A stretch of DNA of 37,922 nt from an uncultured virus (IMG/VR IMGVR_UViG_3300042887_005646) (taxonomy: Duplodnaviria > Heunggongvirae > Uroviricota > Caudoviricetes): IMG/VR virus record IMGVR_UViG_3300042887_005646, one strand, 5' to 3'. The position numbers and the translations under genes were made by a program. The notes below the pieces were generated by a model, which worked only from the letters and a program-made list of their open reading frames with translations, was not told the DNA's origin and searched no databases. Of this stretch, positions 24,923-33,152 are shown piece by piece; position 1 is the stretch's first letter; each line of letters begins with the position of its first letter.

Positions 24923-25510
24923 TTAGCCAGGGTCCGCTGCAATAAGAACTCCTGAAATTTCGGCCCTTATGGGCAAAATGACTTTTTCAAAAGTAAAAAG
25001 TGTCTCTTTAGAAAATGGGGTTATTGCAACTCTCATAAAAATCTCGTCGGCAAGATTAGAATATGAGTAAAAAAAATCAGATCCGTAAGCTCCGGCGGAA
25101 TTATAGACGATGTCTTCTGCTTTTCCAAAGGAGGGCTGTATGCCTGTAATTCGAGGGGTCCGGCCGGCCCCGGGGTCGGGGATTCTATACTGCTCTTTTA
25201 TAGCGCCGTTTAATCCGCCATATGATCCCATCAAAAGCCCGACGTACGCTCCACCCACTATCTCCTCATTAAGCCCCAGTATGGGAAATTTATCTAAAGG
25301 GTGTATACGAATTATTCCATTTACGGTGCGGCAAACAGCTCGATCTCCCCCGGCTTTTGCGTCTTTCTCCGCAAACTGAGTAGAGAGCCTGGGGCTATCC
25401 CAGACAAAAGAAAAGCGGGGGTTAGTAATATTACTATCAGTACGAATTAGTTGTACATTCGATGTGATAATTACCGTCTCTTTAAACTCTAAAATTGTTT
25501 GAGACTTCAT
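24923..25510 (-). CDS. Paralog-array protein D' (195 aa), predicted beta-sandwich, probably structural
   Basis: Family motifs LEFK, WDSPRL, DRAVCRTVNG, LMGSYGG, YSNLADEIFMRV, ISGVLIAADP. Closest to 28342-28875. Confidence 0.9.
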   Translation of the reverse strand: MKSQTILEFKETVIITSNVQLIRTDSNITNPRFSFVWDSPRLSTQFAEKDAKAGGDRAVCRTVNGIIRIHPLDKFPILGLNEEIVGGAYVGLLMGSYGGLNGAIKEQYRIPDPGAGRTPRITGIQPSFGKAEDIVYNSAGAYGSDFFYSYSNLADEIFMRVAITPFSKETLFTFEKVILPIRAEISGVLIAADPG

Positions 25511-25511
25511 A

Positions 25512-26054
25512 TTAACTCAGGTCTGAGGCGAGTAATGCGCCAACACAGCTAAATTCTAATTTAATTGGGGGAGGCGTAGGTATTCCTGCTTCAACAAGTC
25601 CACGAACAAAAGATACTTTAATATAAATATTTTGAGCCAAGTTTGAGAAAGATTGCCAATTTTTAAAACCTAGTTGGCCGTTAGATTTATATGCGCAAAG
25701 AAGGGGATAACTGTATCGATCGTTGGGTACAACAACGGGGGGGACAAGATCCAGCGCGTAACTTGTGCTAGCAATAAGGCCAAACCGGCCCGAATACTCA
25801 CCCCAAAGACCGGCTGTAACATAGGCACAACTTGTAGGAGAGTTTAATTCCGCAAAAGATTCTGGTTTTACGTTAACTTGCAAAAGCCCGTTAACTGTGC
25901 GGCAGGCCCCCCTGTTACTTCCTGCGGGTCGGCCATCAATAGGATACATCGTTGTCAGCCGCGGGCTGCTCCAACTAACTACAGAGCCTCGCGCACTTTG
26001 TAAAATATCGGATATTGTATTAGATTTAAACTCTAATATTGGTATACTTTTCAT
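25512..26054 (-). CDS. Paralog-array protein C' (180 aa)
   Basis: EFKSN, WSSPRLTT, VTAGLWGEY, SFSNLAQNIYIK. Closest to 28878-29447. Confidence 0.9.
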   Translation of the reverse strand: MKSIPILEFKSNTISDILQSARGSVVSWSSPRLTTMYPIDGRPAGSNRGACRTVNGLLQVNVKPESFAELNSPTSCAYVTAGLWGEYSGRFGLIASTSYALDLVPPVVVPNDRYSYPLLCAYKSNGQLGFKNWQSFSNLAQNIYIKVSFVRGLVEAGIPTPPPIKLEFSCVGALLASDLS

Positions 26055-26584
26055 TACATTACTCTAATATCAGAGCCTATAAGTGCTCCGTAGCAGGTTA
26101 TATCAAAGGGGCGTGGCCTAGTCTCTTCATTGGCAGAGATACGTTTATTCGCGATTGTTAGCCTAATAAAAATACTTTGAGCTAAGTTAGCGTACGAATT
26201 AAAAAAAGAAAAGCCGAGTCTTCCGTTTGTAGATAGTGCATAAATATTATTAGGCTCATAAAGATCGGACGGGTTTATAGGGTACGATGTTGAGCTAATT
26301 GCGCCAACAAGTCCGGCGTATTCTGAATATAAGCCTGCCGTTACATAGACCTCAGGCACGTCTATGTAATTAAAATCAAAGGCCTCTACTGGATTATTTA
26401 CTCGAACCTCTAATACGCCGTTTACCGTATGGCAAACTGCTCTATCGCTGCCTTTTTTCGCATTATCCGCGGGAAACATAGTACCCAAGCGGGGGCTCTC
26501 CCAAGTAATACACGCGCCGACAAAAGGATCTAGTGTGTCCTTAAATCTTAAATTTTTAAATTCTTGGGCTACTCGTCTCTTCAT
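26054..26584 (-). CDS. Paralog-array protein B' (176 aa)
   Basis: KGSDRAVCHTVNG, SYANL, CYGALIGSDIR. Closest to 29449-30033. TAATG overlap with the next gene. Confidence 0.9.
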   Translation of the reverse strand: MKRRVAQEFKNLRFKDTLDPFVGACITWESPRLGTMFPADNAKKGSDRAVCHTVNGVLEVRVNNPVEAFDFNYIDVPEVYVTAGLYSEYAGLVGAISSTSYPINPSDLYEPNNIYALSTNGRLGFSFFNSYANLAQSIFIRLTIANKRISANEETRPRPFDITCYGALIGSDIRVM

Positions 26585-26611
26585 TCTGTTTATCCTGGTC
26601 TTTAGCTATTT

Positions 26612-27133
26612 TTACTTAGGATTCATTCCTATAAGAGTACCAGTTATAAGGGTATCGATAGGTAAAGGCTCGCTTCTAGCGGCCCCTCCGGGTAAGCAAA
26701 ACATAACGCGAATAAAAATATTTTGTGCTAAATTACCGTACGCTGAGAACTGGGGGAAAGCCACTTCTCCGTTAGATAGATACATCTGACTCGTTATAGG
26801 GTTTGATTTTCTTGTCATTACTAAATATTCAAGAGGGGCGCTGTAGTTTCCGTATTCTCCGTATAGCCCTGCTGCAAGCTCTACGTCACCTTTGCCCTCT
26901 GTGGCTTGTAGAAATTGTTTATCTAAAAATTTAATAGTTACTATGCCGTTAACGATGCGGCAGACTGATCTATCAGCTCCCTTCTGCTCTTTTTTCATGG
27001 GCTCCATCACTGAGAGCCTCTCGCTCTCCCAGTAAACGCCACTATTAAATTTTGTCATTTCCCCGGCGCTAGGCAAGCTGCTTTTAAAGGGGGCTTTATT
27101 GAACTCATAAATAAATTCAGACACTGAATTCAC
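26612..27133 (-). CDS. Paralog-array protein A' (173 aa)
   Basis: IVNGIVTIKFLDKQ, AGLYGEY, QMYLSNGEVAFPQ, NLAQNIFIRV. Closest to 30046-30573. Confidence 0.9.
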   Translation of the reverse strand: MNSVSEFIYEFNKAPFKSSLPSAGEMTKFNSGVYWESERLSVMEPMKKEQKGADRSVCRIVNGIVTIKFLDKQFLQATEGKGDVELAAGLYGEYGNYSAPLEYLVMTRKSNPITSQMYLSNGEVAFPQFSAYGNLAQNIFIRVMFCLPGGAARSEPLPIDTLITGTLIGMNPK

Positions 27134-27209
27134 CCTTAATCTTGTCGCTCTGCGACTTACTTTACATTAGTCGTTTTTTTTTCTATGTTTAGTCAGACTA
27201 AAAATAAAC

Positions 27210-27734
27210 TTAGTCAGCGGCTATTATTACCCCGTTAAAGGTCACATCGATAGGGATGGATTCCGCTGTTACAGTCTGTAGCTTAAAAGTTACGCGGTAA
27301 AATGCTATGGGGGCGGCATTTGAGAACGTGTTAGTTTGTTCAAAGGTAATTAAATTAAAATCAGATCCATAAGCAGGGGCGGGTGGACCAAAAAAAACAA
27401 CCTGGGCTAAGCCGCCTACAACCTGGTCGGCAGTCGGAGTAATTCCTGGGCTAGTTTGAAAGCTAGGATATGAAACTCCCTGAACAGACTGAACGACGCT
27501 ATATGAGCCTATAAGCCCCCCATATACCTGAATCTCTATACCGGGCGGCAGGGGCTTATTCAGCTTCATCTGCATAAAAGACGTCACAGTGGTGTGCGTT
27601 TTACGAGGGGCACCCGGCATTCCAGGCTCTCCCTTTAGTGTAAACTTGCTGGACTCCCAGGCAGTAAAAAGGCGATTTTCTGAGTTGAGCGAATCATAGT
27701 ATCTGTTGTTTGTTATTAAAAACTCAGAAATCAC
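27210..27734 (-). CDS. Paralog-array protein E' (about 174 aa; start revised to GTG 27734)
   Basis: GGAG RBS before GTG-ATT-TCT-GAG; aligns with MITEYL of E; shares YSVVQSVQGVSYP with E. Confidence 0.85.
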   Translation of the reverse strand: MISEFLITNNRYYDSLNSENRLFTAWESSKFTLKGEPGMPGAPRKTHTTVTSFMQMKLNKPLPPGIEIQVYGGLIGSYSVVQSVQGVSYPSFQTSPGITPTADQVVGGLAQVVFFGPPAPAYGSDFNLITFEQTNTFSNAAPIAFYRVTFKLQTVTAESIPIDVTFNGVIIAAD

Positions 27735-27814
27735 TATAAATCTCCGTAAATCAGCAGAAGATACCAAAAACTACATCAAGAAGTCGCTTTAAAAATACGT
27801 TGGCTATAGAGAGT

Positions 27815-28333
27815 TTACCCAGACGCAATTATAGCTCCGTTAAAAGTGACGTCTAGATCAAACTCGGAGCCGGCCACCTGCGTTGTGTTCTGAAAAGTCA
27901 CGCGGTAAAAGGCTAACGGAACGGCGCTAGAGAAAGTATTTGTCTGCTGAAAACTTATTAAGTTAAACTGAGACCCATAATTAGGTCCTGGGGGGCCGGT
28001 ATAAACAATCTGAGTGCCTCCCCCCGGGACGAACTGAGGTGTGGGAGTTATACCAACATCGGTCTGAAAATTAGGGTATGAGACGCCTTGGACAGACTGT
28101 ACGACGCTGTAGGCTCCCATTACTCCACCATAAACATTAACAGTCACTCCTGGTGGGAGGGGTTTGTTTATCTTCATCTGCATGAAAGAGGCTACCCTAG
28201 AATGCGGCGGCCTATCGGACGAGGAGGGCGGAGAAAGCGTGAATTTATCAGACTCCCAAGTATCAAAAATGCGGTCTGTTCTATTTAACCGCGTATAGTA
28301 TCTAATGTTATTTATTAGGTATTCTGTGATCAT
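27815..28333 (-). CDS. Paralog-array protein E (about 172 aa; start revised to ATG 28333)
   Basis: GAGGA RBS overlapping the upstream TGA; WES, SFMQMK.NKPLPPG, QTNTFS, DVTFNG shared with E'. Confidence 0.85.
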   Translation of the reverse strand: MITEYLINNIRYYTRLNRTDRIFDTWESDKFTLSPPSSSDRPPHSRVASFMQMKINKPLPPGVTVNVYGGVMGAYSVVQSVQGVSYPNFQTDVGITPTPQFVPGGGTQIVYTGPPGPNYGSQFNLISFQQTNTFSSAVPLAFYRVTFQNTTQVAGSEFDLDVTFNGAIIASG

Positions 28334-28341
28334 ACATTTCC

Positions 28342-28875
28342 TCAAGCTGGGTCCGCCGCCAATAAAACCCCCGAGATCTTCAAATTTATATTCACTTTGT
28401 TTACTGATGGTAGGATTCCTACCCGTATAAAAATACTGTCAGCTAAATTAGAGTAAGATGAAAAATAATCAAATCCAAAAGCCCCAGATGACATGTTGGC
28501 GACGCTAAACAACCCGCCAGCGCTATTAGCGGGGTTCTTCGCAGTGATCGCATCCGGTAAACCTAAGGGCCCCGGGCCTATTGTGTGCTCTTGTATTGTG
28601 CCCACAAGACCTCCATAGGACCCCATTAAAGATGCCGTTAAAAAAAAATAAAATCCTGGGGTTGCGTCTAGTAATTCTACTCGAACGATGCCGTTAACTG
28701 TTCTACAAATCTGCCTGTCGGACCCGTCTGGAGAGCCTGGTCTAGGGGCAGCTACTGTGAGCCGCGCAAAATCCCAATGCCTCGGGTCGATACTAACCCT
28801 ACCCGGTACAGGGCCCGGGCCCGGGAAGGCGTAGGTAACATTCTCTTTAAATTCCAGAGATAGCGGATATTTCAT
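28342..28875 (-). CDS. Paralog-array protein D (177 aa; start revised to ATG 28875)
   Basis: MKYPLSLEFKE start follows the upstream stop (TAATAATG); LMGSYGGL, YSNLADSIFIRV, ISGVLLAADP. Confidence 0.88.
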   Translation of the reverse strand: MKYPLSLEFKENVTYAFPGPGPVPGRVSIDPRHWDFARLTVAAPRPGSPDGSDRQICRTVNGIVRVELLDATPGFYFFLTASLMGSYGGLVGTIQEHTIGPGPLGLPDAITAKNPANSAGGLFSVANMSSGAFGFDYFSSYSNLADSIFIRVGILPSVNKVNINLKISGVLLAADPA

Positions 28876-28877
28876 TA

Positions 28878-29447
28878 TTAATTTTGGGCAGCTTTGAGTA
28901 GGCCGGAGCACTGGATTCTTATAGGTATTTTTTTATAATTTATAGCTAGCCCCAGGTCTTTTGGTTGACGAGTGAATACTAGTTTAATATATATGTTTTG
29001 GGCATGGTTGGAGAAAGAGGTAAATGTATTAAAACCAAGGCCCCCGTTATTATTAAATAATGGCACACCCCAGCCTATGCTAGGGGCTGTGCTAAAAATG
29101 GCTGTTATCGGCGGGGTACTTACAAAATAGTTTGCGTAATTATCATCTAAAAAATACTGAACGCTCGCTAACACGCCAGGCACGCGATTATATTCACCCC
29201 ACAGTCCGGCCGTCACCAGTACACCTTGGTAATTACCCAAAAGCAGGTCTTTGTTCTCCAAGACATCTACTTTTAAAATTCCATTAACTGTACTGCATAT
29301 AGCCCTGTCGCTACCCTTAGGCTTACCTGGTATGGGGTAAGCTGTTGTTAGACGTGGGCTCTCCCAAACAAACGTAGAGCCTACACGAGTATCCAACTCC
29401 CCTACAACTTTATTACTTTTGAACTCTTGGGTGACTTGAAAACTCAT
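28878..29447 (-). CDS. Paralog-array protein C (189 aa)
   Basis: EFKSN, WESPRLTT, VTAGLWGEY, SFSNHAQNIYIK. Confidence 0.9.
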   Translation of the reverse strand: MSFQVTQEFKSNKVVGELDTRVGSTFVWESPRLTTAYPIPGKPKGSDRAICSTVNGILKVDVLENKDLLLGNYQGVLVTAGLWGEYNRVPGVLASVQYFLDDNYANYFVSTPPITAIFSTAPSIGWGVPLFNNNGGLGFNTFTSFSNHAQNIYIKLVFTRQPKDLGLAINYKKIPIRIQCSGLLKAAQN

Positions 29448-29448
29448 A

Positions 29449-30033
29449 TTACCTCAGATCGCCGCCGATAAGGGCCCCAGAACAAACTGCGTCAATTTTC
29501 AATTTATTATTTAAAGACCCGATCCAAATAGCCGGTCCTCTTTGTATAGTTACTCTAATAAAAATATTTTCCATGAGGTTAGCGTATGAGCCAAAGACTC
29601 TAAAGCCAAGCTCCCCGCTAGATTCGTACATAGTTGTTGTGAGGCCTGCTACTCCTTGTATTCTTGGGTAGTACTGCTGGTAATCTAAAACCCCTATCTG
29701 GCCGGATGACTCTCCGCAAAGGGCGGCAGACACTATAGGAAAAAGAGTATTAAAAACGAAACCACTGTCAGCATATTTAAAATCATCAAGAATAGCGTTA
29801 TTTAATAATTTAACTTTAACAAAGCCATTAACTGTTCTACACACAGCGCGGTCACTGCCTTTTGGACTACCTTCCTTGGGGGCGGCGACGCATAATCGAG
29901 GGCTATCGTATACTATATAATTAGCTCTGTCTTTATAAAGCGTGCTTGGGCCTCTTACTCCATTATCGGCGCTAGAGGGGAATGTTGTCTGCATTCGACC
30001 TCCGGAGAACTCTAATGTGAATTTAGATTTCAT
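29449..30033 (-). CDS. Paralog-array protein B (194 aa)
   Basis: DSPRL, KGSDRAVCRTVNG, SYANLMENIFIRV, CSGALIGGDLR. Confidence 0.9.
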   Translation of the reverse strand: MKSKFTLEFSGGRMQTTFPSSADNGVRGPSTLYKDRANYIVYDSPRLCVAAPKEGSPKGSDRAVCRTVNGFVKVKLLNNAILDDFKYADSGFVFNTLFPIVSAALCGESSGQIGVLDYQQYYPRIQGVAGLTTTMYESSGELGFRVFGSYANLMENIFIRVTIQRGPAIWIGSLNNKLKIDAVCSGALIGGDLR

Positions 30034-30045
30034 ATTAAGCTCAGT

Positions 30046-30573
30046 TTATCTAGGGGCAGTGGCTATTAAAGAGCCCGATATTCGTAATTTTAAAGGGAGA
30101 CTGACTAGATTAAGGTCACTATCTATTCTCCTAAAAACTACCCTAATGAAAATATTTTGTGCTAAATTTGCAAAATTACTAAGTTGAGGGAAAGCAATTG
30201 CGCCGTTAGACGCATACATCTGCGTAAAAAAGGGAGTGTAGAACTGAGAAAAAGATATCTGATCCATTATGCCCGATATGCCAGCATACTCGCCGTATAG
30301 GCCTGCTGATATCTCTAATCTCCCGCTATATTCGATTAACTGTTTATCTAGGAACTTAACGGCGACCAGCCCGTTTACTATTTTGCATATTCCACGGTCA
30401 GACCCTGCGGGGCGCCCCTCAATGGGGTATTCAGTGGTCAGACGTGGGCTCTCCCAGTAGGCAATATCTTTTCCGCTTCTTGCATTTGAGCCGGCGGGTA
30501 CTGGAGCATTTGCAGGGTAGAGCTCGCTGTCAAATAGCACGTTATTAAACTCCTGTACAGCGTAGCCCTTCAT
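30046..30573 (-). CDS. Paralog-array protein A (175 aa)
   Basis: GAGAGGA RBS; WESPRLTT, IVNGLVAVKFLDKQ, QMYASNGAIAFPQ, NLAQNIFIRV. Confidence 0.9.
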   Translation of the reverse strand: MKGYAVQEFNNVLFDSELYPANAPVPAGSNARSGKDIAYWESPRLTTEYPIEGRPAGSDRGICKIVNGLVAVKFLDKQLIEYSGRLEISAGLYGEYAGISGIMDQISFSQFYTPFFTQMYASNGAIAFPQLSNFANLAQNIFIRVVFRRIDSDLNLVSLPLKLRISGSLIATAPR

Positions 30574-30602
30574 GAATCCTCTCTACCGGTATAACAGTAA
30601 CT

Positions 30603-30636
30603 AAAAAGGCCCCACAACCATACATCACGGGGCCTT
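30603..30636 (-). terminator. Intrinsic terminator
   Basis: Minus strand AAGGCCCC...GGGGCCTTTTT, 20 nt after the stop at 30655. Confidence 0.7.
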
Positions 30637-30654
30637 AAAAAGCTAGAGCTTTCT

Positions 30655-31263
30655 TTAGACTTTAGCCACGGACCATTCCGTGTCCTTTCCGCCTAAGATT
30701 GCCTTAGCGCGGTCGAGCGTGATCGCGCTTTCACTGGCGGCGGTGCCGGCTGCATCGGGGATGCGGGAGAGGATAGAGGCCTGCTTGTTATCCGCGGGCT
30801 GGCTAATCGGGACGCTCAGTAACCCGAAGTCGGGCTTGCCCGCGAGGGTGCGCGTGATCGCTGTCACGTCACTGCCCTTGTCGGAGAAGCGATGGGTGCC
30901 GGATGTAAAGGGCTGGAAGATTCGGGCCGATTCCCCTGCCGGGGTCGCCTGCGCGGACGTGTCCAGCATAAACTTACCGCTCTCGTAAACTACAAGCGCG
31001 TCGCCATTGTCATAGTTAACGACATAGCGGCCCTCGAAAGTGGGGATTTTGTCGGGGCCGTAGGAATCGCCCTTAAGGCCGTAGAACCTGGACTTGCTTG
31101 AGACGGGCGTAGCGGGGGAGCGGCTCATAAAGTATATGATGCCGGCAAGCGCAATAACACCGGCGATAACAAGGGGCTTAGTCCCGTAAAAGCCGAACGG
31201 ATTGGCCGCTCTTTTCTGCAAAGCGGTGTGATTTCTCGCTTTAGATTTATGCCGTCTTGCCAT
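30655..31263 (-). CDS. Single-pass membrane protein (202 aa; start revised to ATG 31263)
   Basis: GGGAG RBS before MARRHKSKARNH; a basic leader ends at RAANP, followed by hydrophobic LVIAGVIALAGIIYFM. Confidence 0.85.
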   Translation of the reverse strand: MARRHKSKARNHTALQKRAANPFGFYGTKPLVIAGVIALAGIIYFMSRSPATPVSSKSRFYGLKGDSYGPDKIPTFEGRYVVNYDNGDALVVYESGKFMLDTSAQATPAGESARIFQPFTSGTHRFSDKGSDVTAITRTLAGKPDFGLLSVPISQPADNKQASILSRIPDAAGTAASESAITLDRAKAILGGKDTEWSVAKV

Positions 31264-31306
31264 AAAAAACTCCCATATTAAATTAAACGCCGGCCTCTCT
31301 GACTCC

Positions 31307-31333
31307 AAAACCCCGTGGCGTGAACCTACGGGG
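31307..31333. repeat. Intergenic 27-bp hairpin repeat, copy 1
   Basis: AAAACCCCGTGGCGTGAACCTACGGGG. Confidence 0.95.
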
Positions 31334-31363
31334 CGATGGGCGGCCGCCCTAACAAAATGCCGG

Positions 31364-31981
31364 TTACTTAAACTTCGCAATCGCGGCGCGAATGATCTTA
31401 ATGTCTAGATTTCTGAGGGCAGGGCCGTCTATTTCCTTAGAAAAGCAAATGCGGCCTCTCTGAGCGGCTGCTTTAGCGGGTTTCACATCAGATTTAAGCT
31501 GCTGAACGACAGTCTTTGGAGACACTTCATACTGCTCCGCATCCTCAATCTCAAAAGCCGCTATTGCGGCCAAAGCTCCGACCAAGGCATTGAGGTTAGT
31601 GAGCTTAATGCAGTTATCCGCAGTGAGAGAAAACTTAGGGACTACGTCCGTGTCTGATTTGTACTTTCCGAGCTTGGCTTTTTCAATGGCCGCTCGGTTG
31701 CACATAAGATACAGCTTCCCCAAAACGCCGCTACCCCAGAATTCATCACTGAAAGCATTTGGGAACTCATGACGAAGGAACCTCTTTAGCTCGGCCTTAA
31801 TGTCCTCGGGGGTGGCTTCGCGGCCGAATTCATTTTCAATGTTGAACTTGGCATTCCGAATAACACTGTTAACGACGGCATTGAAATTGGAGATCTTGAT
31901 GAGGCCGTCTTTAGTAACCGTGAAATTGGGCGACACATACTTAAAAGTCTTTGGGCGCTTAAAATTCTTTTTGCCTGGCAT
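31364..31981 (-). CDS. Hypothetical protein (205 aa) with internal duplication
   Basis: AGGAG RBS; PNFTVTKDGLIKISNFNAVV resembles PKFSLTADNCIKLTNLNALV. Confidence 0.85.
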   Translation of the reverse strand: MPGKKNFKRPKTFKYVSPNFTVTKDGLIKISNFNAVVNSVIRNAKFNIENEFGREATPEDIKAELKRFLRHEFPNAFSDEFWGSGVLGKLYLMCNRAAIEKAKLGKYKSDTDVVPKFSLTADNCIKLTNLNALVGALAAIAAFEIEDAEQYEVSPKTVVQQLKSDVKPAKAAAQRGRICFSKEIDGPALRNLDIKIIRAAIAKFK

Positions 31982-32014
31982 AGCTGTTCTCCTGTTACGG
32001 GGCGGGTCTATTAA

Positions 32015-32551
32015 TTAGCGACCGTAACCACGGCGATGATGGCGGTGACCGGGGTTGGTCATTCTGGCATAACCGAAGCCGCCGGACAGGTCGTCGTACG
32101 GGTCTTCCTCATAGTTATAGCCGTAGCCTGGGTTTGGGGTGCGGTCGTAGTCCCTAACGTCGTAAACGACGTACGGAGTCCCATCCGGACGCATCGCCAT
32201 TCTGCTCATGCTGTTGCTGCGGCCCCTAATGCTGAGCGACGAAATAATTTCGCGCTGCGCGGCCTCGATCAGCGGAACATGATGCTCTTCAACAAAGGCA
32301 CGAAATAAGTCCGCGCCCCTCAAGTCCGCGCCCTCCAGGTTAGCGCCCACAAAGTTAGCGCCCGACAAGCCCGCGCCCTCCAAGTTCGCGCCCGCCAAGT
32401 TAGCGCCCGACAAGTCCGCGTTCCTCAAGTTCGCTACCACCAAGTTCGCGCCCGCCAAGTTAGCGCCCGCCAACTTCGCGCCATGCAATTTTGCGCCCGG
32501 CCCAATCTGATAGCCGTTAACAATACCTGTTCCGTCCGGTCCAATAGCCAT
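32015..32551 (-). CDS. Pentapeptide-repeat protein with RxxNP tail (178 aa)
   Basis: About 13 A(N/D/K)Lxx repeats; AGGAG RBS; tail RTPNPGY...[16 protein letters not shown]. Confidence 0.9.
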   Translation of the reverse strand: MAIGPDGTGIVNGYQIGPGAKLHGAKLAGANLAGANLVVANLRNADLSGANLAGANLEGAGLSGANFVGANLEGADLRGADLFRAFVEEHHVPLIEAAQREIISSLSIRGRSNSMSRMAMRPDGTPYVVYDVRDYDRTPNPGYGYNYEEDPYDDLSGGFGYARMTNPGHRHHRRGYGR

Positions 32552-32592
32552 GTTATACTCCTAAAACTGTGGGATTTTAACCTTTTGTCGCA

Positions 32593-32619
32593 AAAACCCC
32601 GTGGCGTGAACCTACGGGG
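32593..32619. repeat. Intergenic 27-bp hairpin repeat, copy 2
   Basis: AAAACCCCGTGGCGTGAACCTACGGGG, identical to copy 1. Confidence 0.95.
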
Positions 32620-32639
32620 TTAGTGGAAGCGGGGGAAAA

Positions 32640-33068
32640 TTAGCCCCAGGCGCAGCCAGGCAGATTTCTGTTGGAAAGCTTGGCGCCCTCATTGATTGCA
32701 AACCCGGCGCCGATGCAGCGCTTGCCCTGGGGGCCGAGGAAGTTGACGCGATCGCCAAAAAGAATAGCGGGGTAGCAAACGCCCTCAAACTCTACGCTAA
32801 TTGCTGCAATTCTAGAATTGCCGCTGCTGCGATTGGGCGGAATGGCCTCAAAGCGGCAGCCCCGTTTGCGGCAGTCGTCAAGGCTGAGGAGGAAACAGCC
32901 CTCTTCCGGGCGGTCGTCAATAACCAAAACGCGGCCGTCGCTGTAGCGGATGCCGAAGGTGTGGTCATCTTTTCCGGCAACACTAACTCTAACAAACTGA
33001 ATGGGGGTGGTGGCCTGACGGCCAGAAGGAAGGCCACGAACGGAGACGGCTGGGGGAATGATCGGCAT
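32640..33068 (-). CDS. Hypothetical beta-rich protein (142 aa), probable paralog of 33153-33773
   Basis: AGGAG RBS; QFVRVSVAG...FGIRYSDGRVLV resembles QLVKITLPG...IGIIYPDNEILV. Confidence 0.8.
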   Translation of the reverse strand: MPIIPPAVSVRGLPSGRQATTPIQFVRVSVAGKDDHTFGIRYSDGRVLVIDDRPEEGCFLLSLDDCRKRGCRFEAIPPNRSSGNSRIAAISVEFEGVCYPAILFGDRVNFLGPQGKRCIGAGFAINEGAKLSNRNLPGCAWG

Positions 33069-33103
33069 CTGAGACTCCTATCTAAAAAGGGTTGTTTACC
33101 GCC

Positions 33104-33130
33104 AAAACCCCGTGGCGTTAACCTACGGGG
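33104..33130. repeat. Intergenic 27-bp hairpin repeat, copy 3
   Basis: AAAACCCCGTGGCGTTAACCTACGGGG. Confidence 0.95.
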
Positions 33131-33152
33131 CGGGCGGGATAGGTCTATATTA

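Noticed and set aside
26385..26815. RVNNP (B') and RKSNP (A') as members of the RxxNP system
   Set aside because: They lie inside predicted folded domains and are absent from partners B and A; about this many are expected by chance, so they were excluded from the count.
24923..30573. Paralog array as targets of a diversity-generating retroelement or shufflon
   Set aside because: No near-identical template/variable repeat pair, no reverse transcriptase or invertase, and all genes are full length and co-oriented.
31264..31380. N-terminal extension of the 241-aa ORF
   Set aside because: Runs through hairpin copy 1 and the upstream stop; the RBS supports ATG 31263.
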